DNA of 64,000 nucleotides from Methanotrichaceae archaeon (GCA_963754945.1 CAVWIG010000017.1:212623-276622), one strand, 5' to 3'; positions 39,031 through 49,562 are shown, numbered from the stretch's first letter. Made by a program: numbers and translations. The notes: generated by a model from the letters alone, not told the origin.

Positions 39031-39810
39031 TCAGGTTGGCGAAGCACCCTGGTCCTTTGATGCCTGTTCCGCCTCGGCTGCCTTCTCTTCTGATTCCTTC
39101 GTCTCCTCAGAGCCCTCTTTGGCCGGAGGGGATATTACCTCGGCGCTGACCTTAGCCTCAGTGTGCTTCTCGATGAAATCGACCTCTTTCAAGCTGAGGT
39201 GCTGGATGATCATGTCCGCCAGGCCACGCCTGATCATCAGCCACTCTTTGTAGTAACCAAGCTCCCAGGGAACGATGATCGTGGCCACATCGTCCTCAAT
39301 CTTGGATTCCAGGTCCAATCGGGCGAAGGTCTTGATCAGGCTCTTGAGCTTCTCGGCCCGGTCTTCGATGCTCTCAAGGATCTTGTACTCGTAGACGATG
39401 GTCTTGTCTGCCAGGGGGTGGTTGAAGTCAACGATTGCCTTTCTTCCGATAATCCTGGTGACTGTCCCAACCTTGTTCTCGACACCTACTCTCATCCCGG
39501 GCACGGGTTTCTTATCCTTGAATTTGTTGATGGGTATGCTCTCCACTTTCGTGGGATCGTGGGTTCCAAAGGCCTTTTCAGGCGGGATCTCGACCAACCC
39601 TGCGTATCCTATCTCCTTGCCGATTAGGTCTTCCTCCATGCCTGCTACGAGCTGACCAGAACCTACAACGATTAAGTGGGGGCCGTACTGGCACTCTTCA
39701 TCGAAGATGCCTTTGGCAGTGGCCACCTCTTTATCGGTAGCTGCTATGACTTGTCCATCAACGCTCTCAGTATAATCGATCCTTATAAAATCGCCATTTT
39801 TTACAGCCAT
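39031..39810 (-). CDS. Long-type FKBP peptidyl-prolyl isomerase (SlyD-like)
   Basis: GDFIRIDYT, EIPPEKAFG and VDFNHPLA motifs. Confidence 0.92.
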   Translation of the reverse strand: MAVKNGDFIRIDYTESVDGQVIAATDKEVATAKGIFDEECQYGPHLIVVGSGQLVAGMEEDLIGKEIGYAGLVEIPPEKAFGTHDPTKVESIPINKFKDKKPVPGMRVGVENKVGTVTRIIGRKAIVDFNHPLADKTIVYEYKILESIEDRAEKLKSLIKTFARLDLESKIEDDVATIIVPWELGYYKEWLMIRRGLADMIIQHLSLKEVDFIEKHTEAKVSAEVISPPAKEGSEETKESEEKAAEAEQASKDQGASPT

Positions 39811-39886
39811 CTTGAAATCCATCCTAGCTTTGTTGCTGTTCACCGGATCTATTTATATGCTTTCTGTCTGCCGTGAGGCAATTCGC

Positions 39887-40351
39887 CTAGATTAGGTAAT
39901 CTGCAATCCTCTCAGTGATGGGCTGCTCGCAGTAGACGCACCGCAGCACAACAGGGTTCTTGGTCTTTACGAGCATCCTGGACTTTATGGGCTCCTCTGT
40001 GTTGGATATGCAGCTAGGGTTCTGGCAGCGTATAACGTCTATTATCAGGTCCGGCAGGTCTACTAGGTGCTTCTCGATCACCAAAAAGTCGCGAATGATG
40101 TTGATAGTGGCATCTGGGGCTATCAGGGCTATCCTGTTTACCTCTTCCTCTTTCAGCTCCCTGTCTTCGACCTTGACTATATCCTTCTTGCCCAGCTTGC
40201 TGCTCTCAACGTTCATGACCACTGAAACCGTTGCATCGGTTGTTCCGGATATTCCCAGGATCTTCAGGACGTTCAGGGCCTGGCCTCCGGCTATGTGGTC
40301 TATTACAGTGCCGTTTTTAATGGGTTTGACTCTCAGCTCGACTTCGGCCAT
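39887..40351 (-). CDS. pyrI: Aspartate carbamoyltransferase regulatory chain
   Basis: [26 protein letters not shown] and RCVYCE motifs. Confidence 0.96.
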   Translation of the reverse strand: MAEVELRVKPIKNGTVIDHIAGGQALNVLKILGISGTTDATVSVVMNVESSKLGKKDIVKVEDRELKEEEVNRIALIAPDATINIIRDFLVIEKHLVDLPDLIIDVIRCQNPSCISNTEEPIKSRMLVKTKNPVVLRCVYCEQPITERIADYLI

Positions 40352-40356
40352 TTCGA

Positions 40357-41352
40357 TCACCCTCCTACCCTGTCTTCGGTGTCAGCTCTGCGACTCTCAT
40401 TGCTCTCATTGCTCTCATCGCCTATCAGCACTCTATTTCCATCGCCTATCAACATCTTTAGGAGGGCCATCCGCACCGTGACACCGTAGAAGCTTTGTTT
40501 GAAGTACATCGCGTGTTTGGTTGAGTCCACAGATGGCGATATCTCGTCAACTCTGGGCAGTGGATGCATTATGATCAGATTTTCCCTCACTCCGGCCAGG
40601 TACTCCGGGGTGATCCGGTAGCTTCTGGCTACTTTGTTGTACTCCACAGGATCGGGGAATCTCTCTCTCTGGATTCTGGTCATGTAGAGGACGTCGACGT
40701 TTCGTATGACCTCGCTCAGGTCGCAGGTCTCGCGAACCTTGGTATTTTTGCTGGAAAGGTCTGACTTTATCTGCTCGGGCATTCGAAGAGTTGGCGGCGA
40801 GACCAGGGTTATGTCCGCACCGTAAAGGGATAAGGCATAGGCCAGAGAGTGAACCGTCCGGCCGTACTTGAGGTCGCCCACCAGGGCAATGCTCAGGTTC
40901 TCTAGATGGCTTTCTTTCTTTATTGTGTAGAGGTCCAGGAGAGTTTGGGTTGGGTGGTGGCCCGCTCCGTCTCCTGCGTTCAGGACGGGCACAGGTGAGA
41001 ACTCCGAGGCAAGGCGGGCCGAGCCCTCTTTGGGATGGCGGATGACCAAGGCGTCCGCATAGCCGCCTATAACCCGCACCGTATCGGCCAGAGACTCACC
41101 CTTTGAGATGGAGCTGCCCTCAGCCGGGCCCAGGTTGATCACTCCGCCGCCCAGACGCTTCATAGCCGTCTCAAAGGACATGCGCGTGCGGGTGGACGGC
41201 TCGAAGAACAGCAAAGCGAGAATCTTTCCGGAGAGCATATCGCTACGCTTGCCGCGGGCATAGGGTTCCAGATCCGATGCGAGGTCGAGGACGGAGTCGA
41301 TCTCCTCCCTGGAGAAGTCCCGCATGGAGAGGACGTGCCTCTTCTTGAACAT
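40357..41352 (-). CDS. pyrB: Aspartate carbamoyltransferase catalytic chain
   Basis: [26 protein letters not shown] and MHPLPR motifs; start [10 protein letters not shown] at 41352. Confidence 0.97.
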   Translation of the reverse strand: MFKKRHVLSMRDFSREEIDSVLDLASDLEPYARGKRSDMLSGKILALLFFEPSTRTRMSFETAMKRLGGGVINLGPAEGSSISKGESLADTVRVIGGYADALVIRHPKEGSARLASEFSPVPVLNAGDGAGHHPTQTLLDLYTIKKESHLENLSIALVGDLKYGRTVHSLAYALSLYGADITLVSPPTLRMPEQIKSDLSSKNTKVRETCDLSEVIRNVDVLYMTRIQRERFPDPVEYNKVARSYRITPEYLAGVRENLIIMHPLPRVDEISPSVDSTKHAMYFKQSFYGVTVRMALLKMLIGDGNRVLIGDESNESNESRRADTEDRVGG

Positions 41353-41453
41353 GATTATTCCTCGGCAGTATGGGATATAATGTTTCTGATAAATCCTCTG
41401 AATCCTGATTAAATTGAACGCCAGCGACTCTCTTATTTGTACCAATCTCGACA

Positions 41454-41574
41454 TCACTTTATTCGCAGCTGGTAGTATGTGTGATGGCTGCCTCTTACCC
41501 GCTTAAGAACAAATCCATTTCTTTTCCAGTGCTTTCGCTAGTTCCTCAGGGGAAACCGAAGACAGCTTAGGCGT
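41454..41574 (-). pseudogene. hicA: HicA toxin remnant
   Basis: (ACG)PKLSSVSPEELAKALEK, a frameshift, then GFVLKRVRGSHHTYY; truncated. Confidence 0.7.
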
Positions 41575-41685
41575 GGGCTTCAACTACTACGGTGTATTCC
41601 AAGGAGCCCTCTTCGGTTGGAACTTCTTTGCCAAGATCTATGAGAGTTTGCCATGAAAACGCCCTAAATAAAAGGATCAGCGGCC

Positions 41686-42936
41686 TTAACCGCCTTCCCT
41701 GTATTCGTTTCTCCTCACCTCATATCCTGCTTTGATGATAGTTTTGATCATTTCATCGAGGCTCATCGATGTAGTTGAATGTACACTGGAATGCTTAACA
41801 CATCTTGGTTTGCTGAGCAGGTCATCTTGATAGAGCTCTTGACTGATCAGCAAATGATAAAGTATGCAGAGCACTTTTCTTGCAAGAGCAACGACACCAA
41901 TTTTTGTACCTCTTCTTGCCTTGATCCTCAAGAAGAACTTCTTGAGTTTCGAGTTTCGCTTTGATCGAATAATGGCATGTGCCACCTCAATAATCATCCC
42001 TCTTATGTGAGGTGAACCATGCTTTGTGATATGGCCGTTTATCTGCTTGCCTGCCGATTGATAAACAGATGGCACAAGTCCGCAATAAGCAGCAAGCTTA
42101 TTCGGGGAACTGAAGTCTCTGAAATCTCCGACCTCTGCCAGGATAGTAGATGCAGAAACGACTCCCATTCCCGGCATGGATAAAGCGATCCTCATGTCTT
42201 CATTCCGTGAAGAGATCTGATCCGAAATCTTAGCGTCGATTTCTACAATCTGTTTGGTAATGGCATCAATCATATTCAGATGAGATCGAAGGAGAAAGAT
42301 CTGTGAAGGAGATAGGTTAGCCTGGATGATTCCACGTATCTCCTCTTTAATCGCTCTTACCCTTTTCGAAGGTATGCTTTCCAATATCTTCTCCAAATCC
42401 ATGCCGTTAAGAAGTCCATCGACGATATGTCTTCCTGACTTGCCAAAAACGTCAGATAGCACCGAGGAAAGCTTGATACATGCAGCCTCTAGCTCGTGAG
42501 TAACCCGATTCTTGATCTTGGTTCTTACTTTAATCAGGCTCTCTCTCGTCCTTGTAAGAGATCTCAATTCGCGGTGATCTCTGGGAAAGATTCGGGATGG
42601 AGAGATCAGATTCTTCAAACAAATCTCCGCAATCCACTCGGAATCCAGCGCGTCTGTCTTTCTTCCTGGAATATGCTTAATCTGATAGGCATTTGCCAGA
42701 ATAAAATTTACAGACCCCTCTAAGACATTGTAAATCGGAAGCCAGTAATTGCCCGTAGATTCCACGGCCACTTTATGGCAACCATTCTCCTTTAGCCAAT
42801 TCTTGAACTTCAAAAGCTCTTCTAAGCTTGTTTCAAATCGATCTTGAAGCTTCAAGCCGTCGCTGGAAAGAATAGTCGCCACAATAAACTTATTGTGTAC
42901 ATCAACTCCGCAAGCTATTTCTCTTTTTCCAGACAT
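41686..42936 (-). CDS. IS110 DEDD recombinase
   Basis: GVDVH, VESTGNYW, KTDALD and GLVPSVYQSAG motifs; start MSGKRE at 42936. Confidence 0.95.
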   Translation of the reverse strand: MSGKREIACGVDVHNKFIVATILSSDGLKLQDRFETSLEELLKFKNWLKENGCHKVAVESTGNYWLPIYNVLEGSVNFILANAYQIKHIPGRKTDALDSEWIAEICLKNLISPSRIFPRDHRELRSLTRTRESLIKVRTKIKNRVTHELEAACIKLSSVLSDVFGKSGRHIVDGLLNGMDLEKILESIPSKRVRAIKEEIRGIIQANLSPSQIFLLRSHLNMIDAITKQIVEIDAKISDQISSRNEDMRIALSMPGMGVVSASTILAEVGDFRDFSSPNKLAAYCGLVPSVYQSAGKQINGHITKHGSPHIRGMIIEVAHAIIRSKRNSKLKKFFLRIKARRGTKIGVVALARKVLCILYHLLISQELYQDDLLSKPRCVKHSSVHSTTSMSLDEMIKTIIKAGYEVRRNEYREGG

Positions 42937-43151
42937 TATGCCCTCGCAGTTGCGATATGGGCAGATGAGTAATCCCTGGTGGTGAATTGCCATTCGCGTT
43001 CAGCGACGCATTTGGGTGCTCAAGAAGTCTGGCTACTTTCTATGACGGGATCCAAGTCCCGAACTAATTAGCAGCCTTCACTACCCATATCAATACTGCA
43101 ATCCGCTGCAATCGTTTTCATAGTTTTGGGTGCGAATCAGGATTCATGATT
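42937..43151 (-). ncRNA. Candidate IS110 bridge/seek RNA
   Basis: Stem-internal-loop-hairpins carrying matches to the target flank and to the element ends. Confidence 0.6.
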
Positions 43152-43511
43152 GCTTTCTATGTATCCTTCAATCGCCTCTTTTGCCATCTCGATAGCTTCT
43201 TCTATCGACTTTCCAAAAGTATGGCAACCTGGAAGGAACTGACACGATGTAAACGCCTTCCTCGGGGTCCTTCTTAAGCACGATATGGTATTTCAGGGCT
43301 TTCATAGTTTGCTCAATGCCTGTCCATAATATATCGGTCCCAGGAGTTAAAGTGTCCCATATGCTTCGCGGCAGGCCTAAAGACATCCTTGTGTACTTGG
43401 ACCGGATTACCCATAATAATTTCATGAAACCATAGCTAAACGGCAAATTAGTAGCGTAATCTATTTGTAAATTAAAATGTGTTTAACCTCACTAAAGAAA
43501 ATTGACCTAAC

Positions 43512-43832
43512 ATGTTCGGTGAGGAAACTGCTAAATCTAAGAATGGCGTTCCCATAAGATTGCCAGATGAGCGGTGGCTGCATCTAACTGAAGCGCATTC
43601 TGAGATGGCCGGTTACTATTCTGATGTTCTGGAAACCCTCGACGACCCTGACATTATCTGCGAGGGAAACGCTGGAGAGCTTCTCGCAGTAAGGAAGCTG
43701 TAAACCAATAAATACATAATAGTTGTATATAAGGAAGTTAACAAATTGGACGGATTTGTGATTACAGCGTTTCTGTCGAGCAAGAATAATCAGCTTGAGA
43801 GGCGAAGAAAAGTATGGCAGAAGTCGAAATAG
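43512..43832 (+). pseudogene. Putative toxin (RelE/BECR-like) with in-frame TAA at 43701-43703
   Basis: Frame continues TNKYIIVVYKE..GFVITAF..RKVWQKSK* and overlaps the start of the DUF2283 gene. Confidence 0.7.
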
Positions 43833-44062
43833 AGAAGATCTCAGCTCTTGTACCACACCTGCTGGACATCCCTTACAAGAAGATTTGGGTGGATTACGAT
43901 GAGGAAGCAGATGTCCTCTATGTCAACTTCAAGAAACCAAGCCATGCCGACGACTCCGAGATAACCGACGATGACGTCATAGTCAGATATGAGAAGGGAG
44001 AAGTGATTGGGATGACCTTCCTTAACGCTAGAGAGAGGCGAATGCTTCGGAGACCAGTTTGA
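43814..44062 (+). CDS. DUF2283 family putative antitoxin
   Basis: DYDEEADVLYVNF..DDVIVRY..GEVIGMT motif. Confidence 0.85.
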   Translation: MAEVEIEKISALVPHLLDIPYKKIWVDYDEEADVLYVNFKKPSHADDSEITDDDVIVRYEKGEVIGMTFLNARERRMLRRPV

Positions 44063-44190
44063 AGTGCCCAATATTGAAGACCACTTCTTCCAAAACCCAC
44101 CTTCCAGGCCCTGACCATCAGCGTTCCCTTCTGCATCTTCAAGCTGCTCTTCGGCGTCTTGAGGCATTCGCGCGTGGGACAGTCATCTTT

Positions 44191-45923
44191 CCTACATTCC
44201 GCGCTTCGCATCAATAATCCGGAAATAGCCTACGATTAAAATGGGAAAGATTATTTAATAACAACTTCCTACTGCTTCCAAGAAGGGAAGTAGCATGGAT
44301 ATGGATGTCCAATCATATTTGATAGGTCACCTTGGCATAGTTGCTGGCATATTTGATTCATTGAATATCGCTGATGTAATTGATCGAGTTCTTCCCAAGA
44401 GAGGTTCGCGAAATCTTCTTCATTCAGTAATTATCAAAGCCATGATCCTGAACGGCTTGGGTTTTACTGGTCAGCGACTGTACCTTTTCCCCAACTTTTT
44501 CATGACGATTCCTACAGAAAAGTTGCTTGGTAAGGGCATCAGTCCAACCGACCTCAATGATGATGTCGTTGGCAGGACACTTGATGCGATTTACAAAAGC
44601 GGTGCCACTGAGCTTTTCAATGAGATCTCTTTGCACATCATGAAACAATTTTCCATTGGAACTCAACTGATCCATGTAGATACAACAAACTTCAGCGTCT
44701 ATGGAAAATATGATAATGATGCGCCAGATGGTACTGATTCAATCCGGGTTACTTTTGGTCATGCCAAAGACGGTAGAATGGATCTGAAGAGGTTCGTGCT
44801 CGGCATGGTTACAAATCAATTTGGTTTACCGCTCTTTGCTAAAGCATACTCAGGAAATAAATCGGATAAGAAGAGCATAATGGAAATGATACAAAAAACG
44901 CAACAAGCGATTGATTTTGACGATGAAAGCTATTGGATCGCAGATAGCGCATTGTACACAGAAGAAAATATCAAACTCTTGGGAACAGATACAAAATGGA
45001 TTACACATATCCCAGCGACTGTAGCAGAAGCTCAAAAGCTACTCAACTCCAACTTAAATATGATTCCTGGCAACGATCCAAGATACGCTTTTTTCACAAC
45101 CGATCTCAATTACGCAGGTGTTCCTCAGCGTGCGGTTGTTGTTTGGTCTGAAGAAATGAAAAAGAGGAACGAAAAAACGTTCGAGAAAAAAATTGAAAAA
45201 GAAACGACTGAGGCCGAAAAAGATCTCAAAAAGCTAATGAGAAAGAAATTTGCCTGCATACCGGACGCAGATAATGATTCGAGATTATGGCAATCTGCGC
45301 ATCCACATCATCTGCTCAAGAATGTGCAGGTCATGCCCGTTATGGAAAAAGCAGAAAAGAAACGAGGACGTCCGAAAAAAGATGAACTTTTGAACGTGAG
45401 CTACGTGATTGAAAGTGAGATAGAACTCAACGAGGAAGCTCTAATAGAAGCTCGCAAGAACTTGGGTCGATTTGTTTTGGCCAGCAATCAAGTCGATCTC
45501 GACTCCGAGGTCATGCTAAATTATTATAAAGGACAGCAAGCGGTCGAACGTGGATTCAGATTCTTGAAGGATAAGAGCTTCCATGTTTCCGAGGTCTATC
45601 TCAAAAAAGAGGAGAGGATCGAAGCACTTTGCATGATCATGGTCTTGAGTCTTCTCATATATTCATTCGCTGAATGGAAGCTCAGGAAGGAACTAAAAGA
45701 GACAGAGCAAACCATACCTGATCAGGTAAACAAACCAACTCAGCGACCTACTATGCGTTGGGTCTTTGAGATCTTTATGGGCGTCATTGTATCGGCTGTT
45801 ACGGATGGTGGAACAATCATTAAGACTATAATACATCTGAGTGACCCACAGAGCACTATTCTTGAATTATTAGGCAGCGAGTGCCAAAAATATTACGGGA
45901 TGGAGTGAACCGCGGAATGTGGG
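44191..45923 (+). mobile_element. IS1634-family element
   Basis: 17-bp TIR CCTACATTCCGCGCTTC / GAACCGCGGAATGTGGG (2 mismatches); 6-bp TSD ATCTTT at 44185-44190 and 45924-45929. Confidence 0.93.
44295..45908 (+). CDS. IS1634 transposase
   Basis: GHLGIVAG, HVDTT, GHAKDGRMDLK, IADSALY and VERGFRFLK motifs. Confidence 0.95.
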   Translation: MDMDVQSYLIGHLGIVAGIFDSLNIADVIDRVLPKRGSRNLLHSVIIKAMILNGLGFTGQRLYLFPNFFMTIPTEKLLGKGISPTDLNDDVVGRTLDAIYKSGATELFNEISLHIMKQFSIGTQLIHVDTTNFSVYGKYDNDAPDGTDSIRVTFGHAKDGRMDLKRFVLGMVTNQFGLPLFAKAYSGNKSDKKSIMEMIQKTQQAIDFDDESYWIADSALYTEENIKLLGTDTKWITHIPATVAEAQKLLNSNLNMIPGNDPRYAFFTTDLNYAGVPQRAVVVWSEEMKKRNEKTFEKKIEKETTEAEKDLKKLMRKKFACIPDADNDSRLWQSAHPHHLLKNVQVMPVMEKAEKKRGRPKKDELLNVSYVIESEIELNEEALIEARKNLGRFVLASNQVDLDSEVMLNYYKGQQAVERGFRFLKDKSFHVSEVYLKKEERIEALCMIMVLSLLIYSFAEWKLRKELKETEQTIPDQVNKPTQRPTMRWVFEIFMGVIVSAVTDGGTIIKTIIHLSDPQSTILELLGSECQKYYGME

Positions 45924-46401
45924 ATCTTTCCTTCTCTATTTCGGCTGGCTGATCATCGCCTGTGCGTCAGTGGACCTGGCAAGAGTTTTCTACCACCTCT
46001 CAGGACGCGAATCGCCTTTTGAGTATTGCACAATAGCCCAGGCCGGTCGCATCTTTGGAAGGCCCAAGCTCCTTCTGACCATCGACACCTACCTTTCCTT
46101 CTCTATCATCTGCTTCGTTCTGTGGTCCGGCTGGATTAAGGATTTAGTAACCGCTGAGTCTTACCTGTGGTACGCAGCAACTTACGTTGAACCTCATCAG
46201 CATCTCTCTGTTAACATCTGGCTGGGGCTGGGAAGGAGATCTTGGAATGGTCCAGGATCAGTATTCCATCAGCGGGCTAGCTGGGGGGGATGGCGTCGCT
46301 ATTTTGCTGGCCACACGGCCTCGATAAGAGTTTAATCGATGCACTGTTTATGTAGCAAGCCAAGATAGTGATGCAAGGATAGAAGATATCGAGATCGAGA
46401 C

Positions 46402-47640
46402 GTGGGGGATACCAAAAACTTGAAAAGCAATGCATCCGGGTTCGCTTTTAAAATACTGAAAGAAGACAAAGAATCGAGGGCCAGGCTTGGAGTTATAAAG
46501 ACCAGGCGCGGTTACATAGATACTCCCTACTTCGTGCCTGTGGCTACCCTGGCTTCCGTCAGAGCTTTGGGCTCCGATGACCTGGACGCACTGGGAGTTC
46601 AGTGCGTCCTGGCCAACACCTATCATCTTCACTTGAAACCTGGAGACGAGCTGATCAAGAAGCTTGGCGGCCTGCACAGATTCATGTCCTTTGACCGGCC
46701 GATTTTAAGCGACTCGGGAGGATTCCAGGCTTTCTCACTGGGGTGCGGAAGAGAGGACAACATAAACAAGATTGGCGGAGTCTTCCCGCACGGAAGAAAA
46801 ACTGAGGAGAACGTTGGGAAAAAAGAGAACTTAACAAAGATCACAGATCAGGGTATCTCTTTCAAGTCCTTCTATGATGGCACCTGGCAGTTCCTCGATG
46901 CCAAAACGTCCATGCAGATTCAGTCCAACTTGGGCTCAGACATCATCATGGCCTTTGACGAGTGCACCTCCCCTCTTTCGGATTACGATTACACCAAAGA
47001 AGCCATGAAAAGAACGCACGAATGGGCCGGGCTATCCTTGAAACACCACGACGAAAAGCAAGCCATCTACGGCATAATCCAGGGAGGTTGGTTCGAGGAC
47101 CTTCGGGCGGAGAGCACAGAGTTCATTAAATCGCTTCCCTTCGATGGTATAGCTATAGGCGGATCTCTCGGAAACTGCAAGAAAGATATGCATCAGGTCC
47201 TGGATTGGGTGGTGCCCAAACTTGATGACCGGCCCAGGCACTTGCTGGGAATAGGAGAGGTCGACGACATCTTTGAGTGTGTAGAGCGAGGGATCGACAC
47301 CTTCGACTGCGTCTTCCCTACAAGAGTTGCTAGGAGGGGATGTGCGTTCATTGCCCCCGAATCTGGTGGTGGGCCCGAGAATAAGTTCAGGATACACATA
47401 AAGTCTGCAAAGTTCAAAGACGATGGAACGCCCATAGATCCTAATTGCCGCTGCCCGACGTGTATGAGATACTCAAGAGCCTATCTGAGACATCTCTACC
47501 TTGCCAACGAGCTTTCCTACTTCCGTCTGGCATCGGTGCACAACCTCCACTTCATGCAGAGGCTCATGAAAGAAATCAGGGAATCGATAAATAACAGCAC
47601 TTTTATGGAACTGAAGGAGAAATGGCTGGGGTCGATTTAG
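46402..47640 (+). CDS. tgt: Bacterial-type tRNA-guanine(34) transglycosylase
   Basis: LANTYHL, SDSGGFQ, MAFDEC, GIIQGG, PRHLLG, DTFDCV and CRCPTC..H Zn site; no archaeal PUA/C-terminal domains. Confidence 0.9.
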   Translation: MGDTKNLKSNASGFAFKILKEDKESRARLGVIKTRRGYIDTPYFVPVATLASVRALGSDDLDALGVQCVLANTYHLHLKPGDELIKKLGGLHRFMSFDRPILSDSGGFQAFSLGCGREDNINKIGGVFPHGRKTEENVGKKENLTKITDQGISFKSFYDGTWQFLDAKTSMQIQSNLGSDIIMAFDECTSPLSDYDYTKEAMKRTHEWAGLSLKHHDEKQAIYGIIQGGWFEDLRAESTEFIKSLPFDGIAIGGSLGNCKKDMHQVLDWVVPKLDDRPRHLLGIGEVDDIFECVERGIDTFDCVFPTRVARRGCAFIAPESGGGPENKFRIHIKSAKFKDDGTPIDPNCRCPTCMRYSRAYLRHLYLANELSYFRLASVHNLHFMQRLMKEIRESINNSTFMELKEKWLGSI

Positions 47641-47968
47641 TTCCGAAGATAAGGCCCAGGAAGGTCGCGAAAGGAAGCCAAGGCCGGATTTCGAACGTCC
47701 TCCTGAGGAGAATGAAAATTGCTAAGACCCAAACAAAGTAGTCAAAAGAAAGTCCACAGGCTTTTTGTCCAGACTCAATCCGGACAGAAATTCAAGCAGC
47801 CATAATCCTGTGCGGGTTCTATCTGTTCTCTCTGGCAGGAATACAAATGAACCAGTTCATTTACAGTAACTTTCATCCATACCTGGTGAAAGGAAGGCCA
47901 GCATCAATGAGCCGATATAGGCCTCTAAGCGATCTATCAAATAGAACCTCAATAAATCCCACATCGAT

Positions 47969-48646
47969 ATGATCAATGAGCTGCTATGGTTCGGGCTGAT
48001 GATTTTTTGCTATCTCGCCGTCCTACTAATATACAAGCTATTCGGCAGGAAGGGCCTTTTCGCATGGGTGGCAATGTCGATCATACTTGCAAATATCCAG
48101 GTGATGAAAACTATCCAGATTTTCGGCCTCGTGACTGCAGAAGGAAACATAGTCTATTCCTCGATATTTTTCGTATCAGCCATCCTAAATGAAATCTATG
48201 GAAAGAAAGAGGCCAGAAAAGCCGTATTTGTGGGCTTTTTCGTTTTAATTACGATGACGGTGATCATGCAGGTGACTTTGATGTTCGTTCCGGATTCTTC
48301 AGATACTATGGCCCCTCATTTAGCAGCTATCTTTGGGTTCATGCCTAGAATAGCGCTGGCCAGCCTTACTGCCTACATATGCTCACAGATGTATGATGTC
48401 TGGATGTACGCTTTCATAAAAAAATATCACGGAAGAAAGTTGCTCTGGTTCAGAAGTAACGTATCAGTGATATTAAGCCAGCTTATAGACAATACCATAT
48501 TCACACTCATTGCATTCTACGGCATATTCACATGGGATATAATACTCCAAATCTACGTAACCTCGTTAATGCTCAAGGTCGTAGTCTCGTTTGTAGATAC
48601 TCCGTTTCTGTATTGGGCGAGGAGCATAAAGCCGGAGGATGATTAA
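47969..48646 (+). CDS. yhhQ: Queuosine-precursor transporter (YhhQ/COG1738)
   Basis: ANIQVMK, LNEIYG, RIALASLTAYICSQMYD, SQLIDN and DTPF motifs. Confidence 0.88.
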   Translation: MINELLWFGLMIFCYLAVLLIYKLFGRKGLFAWVAMSIILANIQVMKTIQIFGLVTAEGNIVYSSIFFVSAILNEIYGKKEARKAVFVGFFVLITMTVIMQVTLMFVPDSSDTMAPHLAAIFGFMPRIALASLTAYICSQMYDVWMYAFIKKYHGRKLLWFRSNVSVILSQLIDNTIFTLIAFYGIFTWDIILQIYVTSLMLKVVVSFVDTPFLYWARSIKPEDD

Positions 48647-48923
48647 AAGTTATATGATATAATTGCTTTTATGTAAAGTGAGACATGAGGAATCCTAAAA
48701 ACCAGCTAAATCCATCCACTTCTTTATATACTTGTTTATAAATGATGTGACCAAAATCGGAGGTTATTAGGAATCCTCGACATGAGCATGTCATTCAACA
48801 GACCTCTATAATAACCAATGGTCAGAAGTCTGAGATACTGAATTAACAAATTAATTCTTTGCCAGCGCTCTTTCCCGCTTGGGACTAAGAGCGCTGTCTG
48901 ATTAAGAATTAAAGGATTTAAGA

Positions 48924-49562
48924 TTAAGACAGGGTTTGTGGAGCAACTGGTTCTGGAGCAGCAGGAGCTGGCCCAGCCGAGCTTGGCTCAGCCCTAATCT
49001 CAGTCTTCCTGACCTCCACCCTCCGCAACGGATAGATCGCCTTGGCCTCTTTGTAGATGTCCAAGGAGAGCTTGCCCATGACTACTTCTTGTATGAGCTG
49101 GTTCAAGTCCAATCCTACTGCCTTGGCAAGGACTACCTGCTTAGAGAGCTCTCTTATGGTCTTCACTTGGTTAGCCCTGGCCCTTTTGACTGTGAAACAG
49201 CTAGGCTTTACTCTTACCTGGTATCCATCAACGGTGGTGATGTCGACTATGGAGTCAATTCTGGAGGTTCTTCTCTTCACCAGAGACCTGATGTAGTCGG
49301 TTGTCATCTCATGGCCCACGAACTTGGTGTAAGCGGAATCGCCAGCTACTCGGTCTACTCTGAACTTGAGCTTAGTATTCTGTTTGGAGAAGTTGTTTGT
49401 AAGCTCACCGAGAGTGGTCTCAATTACCCTGCCCACAATTCGGTTGGGATCATTAGATATTGTCTCCCCGACGGGTGTGCGCCCGAACATCTCAGGTCCA
49501 ATTACCTTATACCATTGCTTTGCCTTTCTGCTTTCAGCTTTTCTTTGTGATCTTCTAGCCAA
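48924..49562 (-). CDS. rps3ae: 30S ribosomal protein S3Ae (eS1)
   Basis: KQWYKV, GRVIETTL, DYIRSLVKRRTSRID and IYPLRRVEVRK motifs. Confidence 0.96.
   Translation of the reverse strand: MARRSQRKAESRKAKQWYKVIGPEMFGRTPVGETISNDPNRIVGRVIETTLGELTNNFSKQNTKLKFRVDRVAGDSAYTKFVGHEMTTDYIRSLVKRRTSRIDSIVDITTVDGYQVRVKPSCFTVKRARANQVKTIRELSKQVVLAKAVGLDLNQLIQEVVMGKLSLDIYKEAKAIYPLRRVEVRKTEIRAEPSSAGPAPAAPEPVAPQTLS

Larger units (their letters stand above)
41645..43151 (-). mobile_element. IS110-family element (about 1.5 kb)
   Basis: Ends (+/-2 nt) defined by rejoining hicB; no TSD; subterminal CATGAA/TTCATG inverted repeat. Confidence 0.85.
41567..43305 (-). pseudogene. hicB: HicB antitoxin, frameshifted and split by IS110
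   Basis: MKALKYHIVLKKDPEEGVYIVSVP / PGCHTFGKSIEEAIEMAKEAIEGYIES | IS | LIDLGKEVPTEEGSLEYTVVVEAHA*. Confidence 0.8.
44065..46260 (+). pseudogene. Membrane protein remnant interrupted by IS1634
   Basis: Hydrophobic coding-like sequence on both sides (TFQALTISVPFCIFKLLFG / FLLYFGWLIIACASVDL..); boundaries approximate. Confidence 0.5.

Noticed and set aside
40394-40420. 9-bp tandem repeat in the pyrB tail (ESNESNES)
   Set aside because: Simple slippage in a non-conserved C-terminal extension.
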